Notes: generated from the letters alone by a model not told the origin. Counted from the first letter of the stretch, positions 34,472 through 45,362 are shown. The stretch: 64,000 bases of DNA from an uncultured Rubrivirga sp. (GCA_964385255.1 CAYLOH010000005.1:35956-99955); one strand, 5' to 3'. Numbers and translations: made by a program.

Positions 34472-36386
34472 TGAAGTCCTCCAGGTAGGACCCGAGTGCG
34501 GGTCCGCTGGTCCGATCGCGCGCGTCCGCGTCGACCTCCCGGTCGCGCATCTGGACCGGGACTTCGACTACCTCGTGCCGCCCGAGTGGGACGAACTCGC
34601 CGTCCCCGGTGCGCGCGTGCGCGTGCGGTTCTCCGGCCGCTTGCGTGACGCGTTCGTCCTCGCGCGTGTCGCCGAGGCGGACGTTGAAGCCCCGCGGGCG
34701 ATCGAACGTGTGGTTGACACGGTGCCCCCACTGACGCCGGAAACCTTGGATTTGGTCCAGAAGGTGGCTGAGCGATTCGTCGGCACCTTCTGGGATGTGG
34801 CGCGCGCCGCGGTCCCGAGTCGGCATGTGCGTGCCGAACGAGCAGTTCTCGCTTCGCATGACGCGCCGGTGGATTCATCGACGCGTGAAGTGCCCGACGC
34901 GTGGGCGGATTACGAATGGCCCACGAAGGTGAAGGAACCGCGACGGCTCGTCTGGTCGTCGGCGCCCGGCACCGACATGGGTAGGGAGATCGCTGCACTG
35001 GTGGTGGACTACCGACGCAGAGGCCTCGGCGTGGTGATCGTCGTGCCCGACTCATCGGATGTGGCACACGTGCGCGCCTCGCTGACCGCGGTGATACCCG
35101 TTGCCGACATCGCGGAACTGACTGCCGACCTCGGACCTGAGCGTCGCTATCGGGAGTTCCTGCGCGCTCGGACAGGTCGTGCCGGGGTGGTTGTCGGCAC
35201 CCGGGCTGCGATCTTTGCTCCGAATCCGTCTCTGGGCGCCATCATCGTGTGGGATGACGGGGACGACGTGTACCGGGAACCGCACGCTCCGTACTGGGAC
35301 GTTCGCGAGGTGGCGGCCCTTCGATCACACATCAGCGAGTGCGACCTGTACGTCGGTGCTCCCGCACGTTCGGTTGCGACCCAGTGGTGGTGTCGGTCCG
35401 GTTGGGCTCAATCGGTGGAGCCGCGCCGTCCTGCAGCGTGGAACGTGCGGGCCATTGATGACCGGGAGGTGGCGCGGGACCCGGCGTCGCGCTCAGCACG
35501 CATTCCATCCGCTGCCTGGGAGGTTGCCCGTGACGGGTTGGCACTCGGGCCGGTGCTCGTTCAGGTCATGCGCCGTGGCTATGTCCCGGCACTCGCGTGC
35601 CGGCAATGTCGAACCTTCGCCACGTGTGTGGACGAGGCTTGTCGTGGACCACTCGAGGTCACCTCTGGCCATGCGATCCCTCGCTGCCGTCGATGCGGGA
35701 AGTTGGCCGGTGGCTGGCGTTGTCCGACGTGTTCCTCGGAGCATCTGCGAGCGGTGAACGTCGGCGCGGGTCGCACGGCGGAGGAACTCGGGCGCGCATT
35801 CCCAGGAGTGCCGGTGGTGTGGTCCGAGGCCGACCGCATCGTGCGGGAGGTGGCCGACCAGCCTGCGCTGGTGGTCGCCACGCCAGGTGCCGAACCCAGG
35901 GCGGTGGGCGGTTACCGGGCCATCGTCTTGTTGGACGCTCGTGTCGCCTCGCCCTCGCTGTCGTCGGGAGAGCAATTGGTGCGTCGATGGTTCGGAGCCG
36001 TGCGGCTCATCCGTGCTGAGGGTCGGGTGTGCGTCGTGGCCGATCCAGCCTTGCCCGAAGTGCAGGCACTCACCCGATGGGACTCTCGCTGGTACGCCGA
36101 GCGAGAACTCGAGGAACGACTCACCGTCGGCCTGCCACCGGCCAGTCGTGTTGCCGAGTTGACGGGGCCGCCCGGGGCGGTGGCGACGATGGGCGCAGCC
36201 GTGACCGTCCCGCATCGGGTTCTGGGCCCGGTCGAATTCGACGGCGGATCGCGCAGTTACCTCGTGGTGCCCCGAGCGCGCGCTGCAGGGCTGATCGAAC
36301 AACTCACGGCGGCGGTGCGAACCGGCTCGGTGAACGGCACGTCGATCAAAGATGTGCGCATTCGGATGGACCCGCGAGACATGTAG
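34464..36386 (+). CDS. priA: Primosomal protein N' (PriA) homologue with degenerate ATPase motifs
   Basis: It has the 3'-BD-like N-terminus ([21 protein letters not shown]...[11 protein letters not shown]) and a Cys-rich zinc region (CRQCR...C....CRRCG....WRCPTC). There is no GKT/GKS Walker A, and WDDGDD replaces DEEH. Confidence 0.75.
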   Translation: MSSEVLQVGPECGSAGPIARVRVDLPVAHLDRDFDYLVPPEWDELAVPGARVRVRFSGRLRDAFVLARVAEADVEAPRAIERVVDTVPPLTPETLDLVQKVAERFVGTFWDVARAAVPSRHVRAERAVLASHDAPVDSSTREVPDAWADYEWPTKVKEPRRLVWSSAPGTDMGREIAALVVDYRRRGLGVVIVVPDSSDVAHVRASLTAVIPVADIAELTADLGPERRYREFLRARTGRAGVVVGTRAAIFAPNPSLGAIIVWDDGDDVYREPHAPYWDVREVAALRSHISECDLYVGAPARSVATQWWCRSGWAQSVEPRRPAAWNVRAIDDREVARDPASRSARIPSAAWEVARDGLALGPVLVQVMRRGYVPALACRQCRTFATCVDEACRGPLEVTSGHAIPRCRRCGKLAGGWRCPTCSSEHLRAVNVGAGRTAEELGRAFPGVPVVWSEADRIVREVADQPALVVATPGAEPRAVGGYRAIVLLDARVASPSLSSGEQLVRRWFGAVRLIRAEGRVCVVADPALPEVQALTRWDSRWYAERELEERLTVGLPPASRVAELTGPPGAVATMGAAVTVPHRVLGPVEFDGGSRSYLVVPRARAAGLIEQLTAAVRTGSVNGTSIKDVRIRMDPRDM

Positions 36387-36418
36387 CGTCGATCGCTCTC
36401 TCGACCGGCTCTAGACTT

Positions 36419-36970
36419 ATGCGGGTGAGCGTGATTCCCATCAGACTGTTCGGTGACCCCGTGCTGCGCACGAGGGCTTCGGAGGTCGTCGACTTCGACA
36501 AGGAGTTACGCAAGCTGGTCCAGGACTTAACGGACACGATGCGCGATGCGCCAGGTGTGGGATTGGCTGCGCCTCAGTTGGGTGTCGCATTACGGGTCTT
36601 CACGTATTGGGTTGACGACGAACTCGGGCACCTGGTGAACCCCGTCTTGGAGTTGTCGACGGACCAGCAAGACGGTGAAGAAGGCTGCCTGTCCGTTCCA
36701 GGGTTGGCCTACGAGTGCAAGCGAGCCAAGCGGGTAGTCGCCCACGGTTCGAACATGTACGGCGAACCCGTGACGGTCGAAGGTAGTGATCTGCTCGCCC
36801 GTTGCGTCCAGCATGAAACCGATCACCTGGATGGCGTGCTGTTCATCGATCGACTCGACCCGGATACCCGCAAGGAAGCCATGAAGGCCATTCGTGAATC
36901 CGATTGGTTCGGCGTCGATCCGGTCGCCGTCAAGGTGAGCCCACACACGCAGTCATCTCGGTGGCTGTGA
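36419..36970 (+). CDS. def: Peptide deformylase
   Basis: GVGLAAPQLGV, EGCLSVPG, HETDHLDG (the three deformylase motifs). ATG 36419. Confidence 0.9.
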   Translation: MRVSVIPIRLFGDPVLRTRASEVVDFDKELRKLVQDLTDTMRDAPGVGLAAPQLGVALRVFTYWVDDELGHLVNPVLELSTDQQDGEEGCLSVPGLAYECKRAKRVVAHGSNMYGEPVTVEGSDLLARCVQHETDHLDGVLFIDRLDPDTRKEAMKAIRESDWFGVDPVAVKVSPHTQSSRWL

Positions 36971-37908
36971 CGCCGCTTCGAGTCGTCTTCGCCGGGACGC
37001 CGGACGTCGCGGTCCCGACCTTGGAGGCGCTGGAGCGCTCCTGTCATCAGGTGGTCGGCGTCATCACCCGTCCCGACGCACCCGCCGGTCGCGGTCGGCG
37101 CGTGCGTCCTAGTCCGGTCGCGTCGGCGGCGATTGCCGCGGGCCTGCCCTTGGTCCGTCCGGCGACCCTTTCCGATGGTTCCTTCGATGAGGTACTTCAC
37201 GAGTGGAGCCCCGATCTCGTCGTGGTGGTCGCCTATGGCCTCCTTATTCCCGAACGACTCCTCGGACTCCCGCACGGGGGTTGGATCAATGCCCACTTCT
37301 CCGCTCTGCCGCGCTGGCGGGGAGCTGCCCCCGTCCAACGCGCGATAGCAGCGGGCGATTCGACGATCGCGGTGACGACATTCCGCATCGACGCCGGACT
37401 CGACACCGGGCCGATACTGCGACAGTCGGAAACGATCGACATCACGCAGCGCGAGAACGCCGGACATCTCCTGGATCGGCTGGCGGGCGTTGCTGCCCGA
37501 GTGGTGGTCCAGACCGTGGACGATCTGGCGCAGAAGGCGCTTGCACCCCGTCCGCAGCCCGCCGAGGGCGTTACGTATGCGCCACGGATCAGTAGTGACG
37601 ATGCCCGCGTCGATTGGTCACTGCCCGTGGAGGTCGTCGATCGCTGGATTCGTGCTTGCACACCGGCTCCGGGAGCATGGAGTTCGGTGGCGGGTAGCCG
37701 GCTTCGAATCGGTGCTCCTTCCGGCGTCGTGCGTGATCTCGAGGCTGTGCCCGGATCGATCACCGTGGAGAAATCTCGGGTTTTGGTCGGAGCGGCGGGG
37801 GGATACGTCGAGTTGGGCTCCGTGCAACCCACGGGCAAGAAGCCGATGCCTGCTGCGGACTGGGCACGTGGATTTCATGGCGCCCCGCCCGCGGGGTTCG
37901 ACACGTGA
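36967..37908 (+). CDS. fmt: Methionyl-tRNA formyltransferase
   Basis: LRVVFAGTPD.AVP.L..L......V.GV.T.PD.PAGRGR...SPV...NAHFSALPRWRGAAPVQRAI. GTGA overlap with def. Confidence 0.9.
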   Translation: MTPLRVVFAGTPDVAVPTLEALERSCHQVVGVITRPDAPAGRGRRVRPSPVASAAIAAGLPLVRPATLSDGSFDEVLHEWSPDLVVVVAYGLLIPERLLGLPHGGWINAHFSALPRWRGAAPVQRAIAAGDSTIAVTTFRIDAGLDTGPILRQSETIDITQRENAGHLLDRLAGVAARVVVQTVDDLAQKALAPRPQPAEGVTYAPRISSDDARVDWSLPVEVVDRWIRACTPAPGAWSSVAGSRLRIGAPSGVVRDLEAVPGSITVEKSRVLVGAAGGYVELGSVQPTGKKPMPAADWARGFHGAPPAGFDT

Positions 37909-39251
37909 TCGATCCTGCGCGCCGCGCCGCCTACGAATTGCTCCACGCCGTTCGCAACGACGACGCGTATGCCAACATCGCCTGGCCCGGAATCATCGAG
38001 CACTACGCGCTCGGCGGCCGCGATGCAGCCTTCGCCACCGATCTGGCGTACGGGACACTTCGGTGGCAAGGGTTCTACGACGCTGTAGCCGAATCCTGCA
38101 CATCCAGGCCGTGGCAAGAAGTCGACCCGGCGTTGGTGGACGTCATCCGATTGGGCATCCACCAGATCCTCGCGATGCGCGTGCCCGACCATGCAGCCGT
38201 CGATTCCTCCTGCGAACTCGCTCGGGCCATCGGCTACCACGATCCTGGTCGCATCGGCTTCGTCAACGGCGTGCTGAGGGCCGTCGCTCGTCGGGACTCA
38301 CGCGACTGGGAGCGAGAAGTCGTCGGAGCCCGCGTCGGTGATGCGGCCTTGGCCATCACCACGTCGCACCCGCAGTGGATCGTCTCTGCCATCCGGGAGG
38401 CTCTTGCGCTGCACCACGGCGTGGCCGTCACCGATGAGCAGGTGCGCGAGGCCCTGGTGGCCGACAACGTGCCCGCTCGCCCGACCATCGCGTATCTCAG
38501 CGATAGTGACGAACGCGAACCGGGGATCGACGCGGGTCGTTGGTCACCGATCGCAGGTGTCGTCGAATCGGGGATCCCGGGCTCGCTCGCCGCAGTCCGA
38601 GAAGGTCGGGCCATCGTTCAGGACGAAGGCAGTCAATTGGCGGTCGAGGCCCTACTGGCCGTGCCCGTCTCGCCACCGGAAGCTGCGTGGTTGGACATGT
38701 GCGCAGGCCCAGGAGGAAAAGCAGCGTTACTTGCCGCAGCGGCACTTCGGCGGAGCATCGCCTTGGTGACCGTGGAAGTGCATCCGCACCGAGCCGATCT
38801 GGTGCGCAGGCTGCTCCCACACGGGGCGCCGGTCGAAGTGATCACGGCGGATGCAACGACCCGACCCTGGGGTAGTCGCTTCTTCGATCGAGTCCTGCTG
38901 GACGCGCCGTGCACGGGGCTGGGTGCCCTCCGGCGGCGTCCCGAGGCGCGCTGGCGTCGACAGGAAGTGGACGTAGCAACCTTGGCCCCGCTGCAGCGAC
39001 GCTTGCTCGACGTCGGGTTGTCGTCGCTACGCAGCGGCGGGGTACTGGCGTACGTCACGTGCTCCCCGCACGTCGCCGAGACCGTAGACGTCGTCGACGA
39101 GGTATTGCTGCACCGGGACGATGTGGAGGTTCTCGACGCTCGCGACTATCTGCCGCGGGTGCCACTGCTCGGTCCGGGTCCGCACGTGCAGTTGTGGCCC
39201 CACGTGCATGGCACCGATGCGATGCATGTGTCGCTCATGCGCCGACGCTAG
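37905..39251 (+). CDS. rsmB: 16S rRNA (cytosine-C5) methyltransferase RsmB/Sun family
   Basis: NusB-like N-terminal domain, then SAM methyltransferase motifs DMCAGPGGKA, LLDAPCTGLGALRRRPE and VTCS. GTGA overlap with fmt. Confidence 0.85.
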   Translation: MIDPARRAAYELLHAVRNDDAYANIAWPGIIEHYALGGRDAAFATDLAYGTLRWQGFYDAVAESCTSRPWQEVDPALVDVIRLGIHQILAMRVPDHAAVDSSCELARAIGYHDPGRIGFVNGVLRAVARRDSRDWEREVVGARVGDAALAITTSHPQWIVSAIREALALHHGVAVTDEQVREALVADNVPARPTIAYLSDSDEREPGIDAGRWSPIAGVVESGIPGSLAAVREGRAIVQDEGSQLAVEALLAVPVSPPEAAWLDMCAGPGGKAALLAAAALRRSIALVTVEVHPHRADLVRRLLPHGAPVEVITADATTRPWGSRFFDRVLLDAPCTGLGALRRRPEARWRRQEVDVATLAPLQRRLLDVGLSSLRSGGVLAYVTCSPHVAETVDVVDEVLLHRDDVEVLDARDYLPRVPLLGPGPHVQLWPHVHGTDAMHVSLMRRR

Positions 39252-39298
39252 ATCCGGCGGCTAGGCGGGGCTCGACCCGGCGCTTCGACGATCGTCGG

Positions 39299-40093
39299 CT
39301 AGACCGCAGGCAGGAGTTGCGCCAGGGCTTGGTAGACCCCGGGAGCCCCTGCGACCAAGCGCCCGGCACCTGTCACGCCGTAGTCGGCCACGAAGGGTGA
39401 GACCGTGCCGCCGGCTTCCTCGATCAAGCAGATGGCACCCAGGCAGTCCCAAGCGTGGATGTATGTCTCGACGTACCCGATGTGGTGCCCGGCGGCCACA
39501 TAGGCGAGGTTGAGGGCGCCCGATCCCGTGCGCTGGTACGTGCCTCCGGCGCTGAGGAGTCGGCGCATGATCTCGGCGAGTTCATCGGGTGTGGTGTGGG
39601 GTGAACACCCGACACCCGTGACGCCGTCGCGCAGGGAATTCGCCGGCCGAACGTGGATGGCGGCGCCGTTCTTCGTTGCCCCACCTCCGTGGCGTGCCGC
39701 GTACACATCGCCCGTCGCTGGAGCGTGCACTACGCCCAGTTGGATCTTCCCCTGGTGCACGAAGGCGATGGACACGCACCAGGTCGGCAGACCGAGGAGG
39801 AACGGCTGGGTTCCATCGATGGGGTCCACCACCCAGATACCCGCATCGTGCCCACCCCGGGTCAAGCCGTGCTCCTCGCCCATGAAGGCGTCCTCGGGGA
39901 AGGCGCCCAGCAAAGCATGGGTGATGTGGCGCTCGGTTTCCCGATCGGCCTCACTCACCAGGTCCTGTGTTCCCTTGTGCTCCACGTCCAAGGTCGTCGC
40001 GCGCGCGAAGTATTCGCTGGCAAGTCGACCGGCCGACTCGGCAACGCTCAGGGCCACGTTGAATCGTTCGTCGATGTCCTGGGTGCCGGGCAC
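39299..40093 (-). CDS. Inositol monophosphatase-family phosphatase
   Basis: Minus-strand translation gives EADRETE...WVVDPIDGT..F..G.P.W.VS.A and GSGALNLAYVAAG....Y (IMPase motifs). GTG start at 40093. Specific substrate not assignable. Confidence 0.8.
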   Translation of the reverse strand: MPGTQDIDERFNVALSVAESAGRLASEYFARATTLDVEHKGTQDLVSEADRETERHITHALLGAFPEDAFMGEEHGLTRGGHDAGIWVVDPIDGTQPFLLGLPTWCVSIAFVHQGKIQLGVVHAPATGDVYAARHGGGATKNGAAIHVRPANSLRDGVTGVGCSPHTTPDELAEIMRRLLSAGGTYQRTGSGALNLAYVAAGHHIGYVETYIHAWDCLGAICLIEEAGGTVSPFVADYGVTGAGRLVAGAPGVYQALAQLLPAV

Positions 40094-40135
40094 GAGCTCA
40101 CAGTAGGGGGATGGGCTCCGGACTAGCCTGAGCAG

Positions 40136-40810
40136 GTGGATCCGGATGTGCTCATGTCGCCGAGCGTCTTGAACGCGGATCTATCGCGGCTGCGTGACGA
40201 GGTGGCGACGATCGCGGACGTAGCCGACATGATCCACCTCGACGTCATGGACAATCACTTCGTACCTAACCTGACCTTCGGACTCCCGGTCATCGAACCT
40301 CTTTTGCGCACGACATCGATCCGGGCTGATTGCCACTTGATGATCGACGACCCCGATCGGTGGGCACCGCCTTATGCGCGAGCCGGTGCCTACAGCGTGA
40401 CCTTTCACATCGAAGCCGCACGTGACCCGGCCCGATTGTGTGCCGATCTACGCGCCCTCGGTTCCCGAGCGGGCGTGGCGGTCAAGCCGGACACCGACGT
40501 GGATGCCGTCGATGCGCTCGGCGACTCCCTGGACATGATCTTGGTCATGACGGTGGAGCCGGGCTTCGGTGGCCAGTCGTTCATGGTGGACATGCTCGAC
40601 AAAGTTCGACGCGCCAGGATGATTGCGAAGCGGGCTGGCGGAGACGTCTGGGTGCAGGTGGACGGCGGAGTCGGCCCCGACACCATCGAACGATGCGCGG
40701 AGGCAGGAGCGAACGTCTTCGTCGCTGGTTCGGCAGTTTTCCGGTCTGACGATCCTGCGCAGATGGTGGAGAAGTTGCGAACCCTTGCGTTAGCCGCTCG
40801 CACGACATGA
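40136..40810 (+). CDS. rpe: Ribulose-phosphate 3-epimerase
   Basis: SPSVLNADLSRL......D.IHLDVMDNHFVPNLTFG...M.VEPGFGGQ.F...VDGGV. The start is ambiguous (GTG 40136 or ATG 40154; the latter aligns better with typical Rpe N-termini). Confidence 0.9.
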   Translation: MDPDVLMSPSVLNADLSRLRDEVATIADVADMIHLDVMDNHFVPNLTFGLPVIEPLLRTTSIRADCHLMIDDPDRWAPPYARAGAYSVTFHIEAARDPARLCADLRALGSRAGVAVKPDTDVDAVDALGDSLDMILVMTVEPGFGGQSFMVDMLDKVRRARMIAKRAGGDVWVQVDGGVGPDTIERCAEAGANVFVAGSAVFRSDDPAQMVEKLRTLALAARTT

Positions 40811-40838
40811 AGCATGTCGGTGTCACGATGGTGATTGC

Positions 40839-41843
40839 ATGACGCCGTGGGATTCCTTTATGGACCGCGCCGTCACCTTGGCGGAGGATCCGCGTGCGCC
40901 GCGTGGAATCAATCCTCGCGTGGGTTGCGTGATTGTCGATGACGAACAGCGCGTCGTGGGAGAGGGTTGGCATGCGGGCGCCGGCTCGCCCCACGCGGAG
41001 GTTGTGGCCTTGCGTGAGGCAGGTGAGCGATCGGTCGGAGCCACCGCGGTTGTGACGTTGGAGCCATGTCGTCATCACGGTCGCACGGGGCCGTGCGTTG
41101 AAGCACTCATCGATGCGCGCATCTCGAGGGTCGTGTTCGCTGAGGAGGATCCAACGAGCGAGGCCGGTGGCGGCGCCGCGGAACTGCGGGCGGCGGGAAT
41201 CGAGGTGATTGCGGGGATCGGCAGGGAACGCGCGCATGCCATCAACCGGGAGTGGAGCATCGCTGCGGCTCGAGGCCTGCCCTACGTGACGGCCAAGTGC
41301 GCGTTGAGCGCCGATGGCAGGGTCGCCGGTCCAGGAGGTAGCCCGGTGTCGTTGACGGGGGACGAAGCGAATCGTTACTCGCACGGCCTGCGGTCGATCG
41401 TGCAGGCGATAATCGTGGGGACCCAGACCGTGGTGATTGACGATCCTCAGTTGACGATCCGACATGCAACCGTTCCGATGAGCGGCCAGCCGCTTCGCGT
41501 GGTCGTCGGGCGTCGTTCACTGCCAGCCCAGGCTCGCATATTCGACTCATCCGCGCCGACCATTCAGATCCGCGACCACGACCCCGTCGTCGTGCTCCGT
41601 GAGCTGTACTCGCGCGGGGCTCGCCACGTGCTGCTCGAAGGGGGTCCGACCGTACTTCGGGCATTCTTGGAAGCCGGCGTGGTGGACGAGTTGGCGTGGC
41701 TGATCACCGGTGTGTGGTTGGGCTCGGGACCGCGTGCCTTGCCGCCAGGATCTCGACTCGATGCGGCAGCCACTGTCGTCGAGACCAGAGCCCTCGGCGA
41801 AGATGTGCTCGTGCGGGCCCTGATGGAACGGAAGGTCGTGTGA
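40839..41843 (+). CDS. ribD: Bifunctional riboflavin biosynthesis deaminase/reductase RibD
   Basis: The deaminase zinc motif is HAEV.AL......G.T..VTLEPC.HHGRTGPC. The reductase half is PYVT.K.A.S.DGR. Confidence 0.9.
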   Translation: MTPWDSFMDRAVTLAEDPRAPRGINPRVGCVIVDDEQRVVGEGWHAGAGSPHAEVVALREAGERSVGATAVVTLEPCRHHGRTGPCVEALIDARISRVVFAEEDPTSEAGGGAAELRAAGIEVIAGIGRERAHAINREWSIAAARGLPYVTAKCALSADGRVAGPGGSPVSLTGDEANRYSHGLRSIVQAIIVGTQTVVIDDPQLTIRHATVPMSGQPLRVVVGRRSLPAQARIFDSSAPTIQIRDHDPVVVLRELYSRGARHVLLEGGPTVLRAFLEAGVVDELAWLITGVWLGSGPRALPPGSRLDAAATVVETRALGEDVLVRALMERKVV

Positions 41844-42430
41844 TGTTCACCGGCATCGTCGAAGAGGTCGGCGTGATCGATGACGTCGCCGATCATGGCG
41901 ACTCTTTGCGGCTGCGGCTCGCGGCGCCGGGTGTTACGGCCGATGTGGAACACGGTGCATCCATAAGCGTGAGCGGAGTCTGCTTGACGGTGGCAGACCA
42001 CGGGCCAGGTTGGTTCGAAGCGGATGTCATGCGCGAGACACTCCTGCGCACGTCGCTGCAAACACTTGGCACCGGTGATCGGGTGAACCTAGAACGGGCA
42101 ACGCGCGTCGACGGTCGACTTGGCGGGCACATCGTTCAAGGCCACGTGGATGGAACCGGACGAGTACTCGACGTGCAGCCCGGTGAGCGTTGGACGATCG
42201 TCCGTATCGGGGTTCCTCGGGAACTCACTCGGTACATGGTCGAGAAGGGCTCGGTTACCGTCGACGGCGTATCTTTAACGATCGTGTCCGTAACCGATGA
42301 GGACTTCACCGTGTCCTTGATTCCAACGACCCTCGCCGAGACCACCCTCGGCACGCGCGCGATCGGTGATGTCGTCAACATCGAAGTCGACGTTCTGGCC
42401 AAGTACGTCGAGAAATTGGTCACGCGATGA
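41843..42430 (+). CDS. ribE: Riboflavin synthase (alpha chain)
   Basis: [10 protein letters not shown]...[13 protein letters not shown]....F.ADVM.ETL..T.L......VNLERA, with the duplicated half [13 protein letters not shown] shares 1 nt with the ribD TGA. Symbol follows B. subtilis nomenclature. Confidence 0.9.
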   Translation: MFTGIVEEVGVIDDVADHGDSLRLRLAAPGVTADVEHGASISVSGVCLTVADHGPGWFEADVMRETLLRTSLQTLGTGDRVNLERATRVDGRLGGHIVQGHVDGTGRVLDVQPGERWTIVRIGVPRELTRYMVEKGSVTVDGVSLTIVSVTDEDFTVSLIPTTLAETTLGTRAIGDVVNIEVDVLAKYVEKLVTR

Positions 42431-43758
42431 TCCCCGCTGACGAGCTGTTCGGAACCGAGGATGATGCCGCTCTCGTGCCACCGGAACCGGTGGGAGTGAT
42501 CACTCCGGTCCCGGCCGCCACCTCCGACGCTGTTGCGCTCAACACGATCGAACAGGCGTTGGAGCAACTTCGATCGGGCAGGCCGATCGTGGTGATCGAT
42601 GACGAGGATCGGGAGAACGAAGGCGACCTGATCTTCGCTGCGTCCTTGGCCACTCCTGAATTGACGGCCTTCATGATCCGACACACGTCTGGATACATCT
42701 GCGTCGGCATGACCGGATCGGATCTGGACCGACTCGAGCTGCCTCCGATGGCGTCTGTGAACGAGGACCGACGGGGGACCGCCTACGCCGTGACTGTCGA
42801 TGCTCGGGACGTGGAGACCACCGGCATCTCCGCCAAGGATCGCGCTCGAACGATCAAGGTGCTGGCCGATTCAGCGACGGAACCGTGGGAACTGACCCGG
42901 CCGGGGCATGTGGTCCCGCTACGCGCCGTCGAGGGTGGTGTGCTTCGTCGGGCGGGCCATACCGAAGCCGCCGTCGATCTTGCCCGACTCGCCGGTCTTC
43001 CTCCTGCCGGCGCCCTGTGCGAAATGGTGAACGACGACGGCACGATGATGAACGCCCTGCAGTGTCGCGAATTCTGCGATGAGCATGCTCTCGTCCTCAT
43101 CTCCATCGCAGACCTCATTCGCTTCCGTCGCAAGCATGAGACCCATGTGACCCGCGTTGTCGACGTCCCACTCCCCACGGAGTTTGGTGATTTCCGGGCC
43201 ATTGCATATCGAAGCGAGATCGACGCCAGCGAACACATCGCGATGGTCGTCGGAGATGTGGGCGATGGTGAGAACGTCCTGGTTCGCGTTCACTCCGAGT
43301 GCCTGACGGGAGATGTATTTGGCTCCCAGCGGTGTGACTGTGGTCCGCAATTGCACTCCGCCATGCGTCAAGTTGCGTCCGAAGGGCGCGGCATCGTCTT
43401 GTATGTGCGCGGTCATGAAGGCCGAGGTATCGGCCTTCTGGACAAACTGCGCGCCTACGCCTTGCAGGATCAAGGTCACGACACCGTCGATGCCAACGTG
43501 GAACTCGGGCTACCGGTCGATGCACGTGACTACGGCACGGGCGCACAGATCCTCGTGGATCTAGGTGTCCGCTCTATGCGCTTGCTTACCAACAACCCCG
43601 CAAAGCGAGCCGGCCTGGAGGGATACGGACTTTCGATCGCCGAACGGGTTCCGCTGGTCATCGATCCGAACCAACACAACGCCGAATACCTGGACACCAA
43701 AGCCGCCCGCTTGGGTCATTCCTATGCACCCGACCGATCCCCCGAGGAGCACGAATGA
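42427..43758 (+). CDS. ribBA: Bifunctional 3,4-dihydroxy-2-butanone-4-phosphate synthase / GTP cyclohydrolase II
   Basis: [18 protein letters not shown]...[14 protein letters not shown], then the GCH-II part [26 protein letters not shown] overlap with ribE. Confidence 0.95.
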   Translation: MIPADELFGTEDDAALVPPEPVGVITPVPAATSDAVALNTIEQALEQLRSGRPIVVIDDEDRENEGDLIFAASLATPELTAFMIRHTSGYICVGMTGSDLDRLELPPMASVNEDRRGTAYAVTVDARDVETTGISAKDRARTIKVLADSATEPWELTRPGHVVPLRAVEGGVLRRAGHTEAAVDLARLAGLPPAGALCEMVNDDGTMMNALQCREFCDEHALVLISIADLIRFRRKHETHVTRVVDVPLPTEFGDFRAIAYRSEIDASEHIAMVVGDVGDGENVLVRVHSECLTGDVFGSQRCDCGPQLHSAMRQVASEGRGIVLYVRGHEGRGIGLLDKLRAYALQDQGHDTVDANVELGLPVDARDYGTGAQILVDLGVRSMRLLTNNPAKRAGLEGYGLSIAERVPLVIDPNQHNAEYLDTKAARLGHSYAPDRSPEEHE

Positions 43759-44231
43759 GTGGAGCGGGAGCCCCAGATCTCCTCGTTGACGCCTCGGGTC
43801 TGCGCGTAGCGATCATCGCGGCGTCGTGGCACGAACGCATCATGAACGGGCTGAAAGCTGGCGCACGAAGCGCGGCGGGCGATGCGACCGTCGAGGAATT
43901 CATCGTTCCGGGATCCTTCGAGTTGCCCGTCGTGGCGGCCACCTGCGCTGCGACCGGGCGCTTCGATGCACTGGTCGCGTTGGGGGTCGTCATCCGTGGT
44001 GGAACCCCGCACTTCGAATACGTATGCTCGGCCGCCACCGACGGTCTTATTCGCGTGTCCGTGGACTACCGAATCCCCGTGGGGTTCGGATTGTTGACGT
44101 GTGACGACGAGCAACAGGCGTTGGATCGTGCCGGTTTGGTCGGATCCAAGGAAGACAAGGGGGCCGAGGCCATGGCCAGCGCACTGCACACTGCCGTGAC
44201 TGTGCGATCACTGCGCGAGACCACGACCTAG
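43755..44231 (+). CDS. ribH: 6,7-dimethyl-8-ribityllumazine synthase
   Basis: [12 protein letters not shown]...L..GA........[10 protein letters not shown]........[19 protein letters not shown]. Confidence 0.95.
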   Translation: MSGAGAPDLLVDASGLRVAIIAASWHERIMNGLKAGARSAAGDATVEEFIVPGSFELPVVAATCAATGRFDALVALGVVIRGGTPHFEYVCSAATDGLIRVSVDYRIPVGFGLLTCDDEQQALDRAGLVGSKEDKGAEAMASALHTAVTVRSLRETTT

Positions 44232-44241
44232 GCTCTACCCC

Positions 44242-44505
44242 GTGAAGAGTTTCGAGGACTTGTACGCCGAGCTACGGCAAAAGGCCGCGATCCATGATCC
44301 GAACTCCGGAACGGTCGCATTGCTCGCCCAGGGTGTCCATGCCGTTGGCAAGAAGGTCGTGGAAGAGGCGTCCGAGGTGTGGATGGCCGCCGAACACGAA
44401 GGACCCGACAGAACCGCCGAGGAGATCGCGCAATTGATCTACTACGTGCAGGTGATGATGCTCGCGTCCGAACTCACTCTCGAAGACGTATACCGGAGAC
44501 TGTGA
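44242..44505 (+). CDS. hisE: Phosphoribosyl-ATP pyrophosphatase
   Basis: 87 aa. [12 protein letters not shown].....SGT..LL..G...[12 protein letters not shown]......R.AEE.A.L.YH. Confidence 0.9.
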   Translation: MKSFEDLYAELRQKAAIHDPNSGTVALLAQGVHAVGKKVVEEASEVWMAAEHEGPDRTAEEIAQLIYYVQVMMLASELTLEDVYRRL

Positions 44506-45362
44506 TGACCACCTTGCGGGTAGCGGTGCCAAACAAGGGGCAGTTGGCAGAACCGGCGCGTTCGATGCTGACCGAGGCGGGCTACTTGAAGAACGCCGGC
44601 CTGCGGGATCTGGTCGTCCACGATCCCGAGAACGACGTCGAGTTCTTCTTCCTGCGTCCCAAGGATGTTGCGATCTACGTCGGGGAAGGCACGTTAGACC
44701 TGGGGATCACGGGTCGGGACATGCTTCTGGATTCCGGTGCCGATGCGGTCGAGCGGGTCGCCTTGGGTTTCGCGCCTTCCACCTTTCGGCTCGCAGTTCC
44801 GGTCGGCAGTGCAAAGACCGTCAATGATTTGAACGGTCGCCGGATTGCGACCTCCTATGCGGGTCTCCTCGGACATTGGCTGCAAGACAACCGACTCGAT
44901 GCGCGCGTGGTTCGACTCGACGGAGCCGTGGAGAACGCGGTCGCCCTGGGTGTTGCCGATGCCGTGGCGGATGTGGTTGCCACGGGCACCACGCTGCGAC
45001 AGGCCGGACTGGAGGTCATCGGCGATCCCATCCTGCAATCCGAAGCGATCGTGATCAGTCGCCACGACGATCCCTCCCAGGATTCACCGTCGGTGCAGAC
45101 CTTCTTGCGCAGATTGCATGGGGTGATGGTGGCTCGCTCCTACGTTCTCGTGGACTACGACATCCCCAACGATCGTCTGGATCAAGCCTGTGCAGTCACA
45201 CCCGGCATCGAATCTCCCACCGTGTCGCCCTTGCACGACCAAACATGGTCCGCCGTTCGCGCGATGGTTCCGGCAGTCGATGTCCACCGGATCATGGACG
45301 AGCTCTACGAATTGGGTGCGCGCGGCATCTTGGTGACCGACATCCACGCTTGCCGCCTCTAG
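44505..45362 (+). CDS. hisG: ATP phosphoribosyltransferase (long form)
   Basis: LRVAVPNKGQL.EPA..ML.EAGY.......L........EFFFLRP.D.A.YVG.G.LD.GITG.D. The 285-aa length implies the C-terminal regulatory domain. ATG shares 1 nt with the hisE TGA. Confidence 0.9.
   Translation: MTTLRVAVPNKGQLAEPARSMLTEAGYLKNAGLRDLVVHDPENDVEFFFLRPKDVAIYVGEGTLDLGITGRDMLLDSGADAVERVALGFAPSTFRLAVPVGSAKTVNDLNGRRIATSYAGLLGHWLQDNRLDARVVRLDGAVENAVALGVADAVADVVATGTTLRQAGLEVIGDPILQSEAIVISRHDDPSQDSPSVQTFLRRLHGVMVARSYVLVDYDIPNDRLDQACAVTPGIESPTVSPLHDQTWSAVRAMVPAVDVHRIMDELYELGARGILVTDIHACRL

Noticed and set aside
39240-39298. Inverted repeat GCCGACG...CGTCGGC between convergent rsmB and the IMPase gene; considered as a bidirectional terminator.
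   Set aside because: The arms are 7 bp with a ~45-nt loop and no U-tracts, so a stable intrinsic terminator is not supported.
40811-40838. Expected an FMN riboswitch upstream of ribD.
   Set aside because: Only 28 bp separate rpe and ribD, which is too short for an FMN aptamer. No FMN-like conserved core was seen elsewhere in the rib region.
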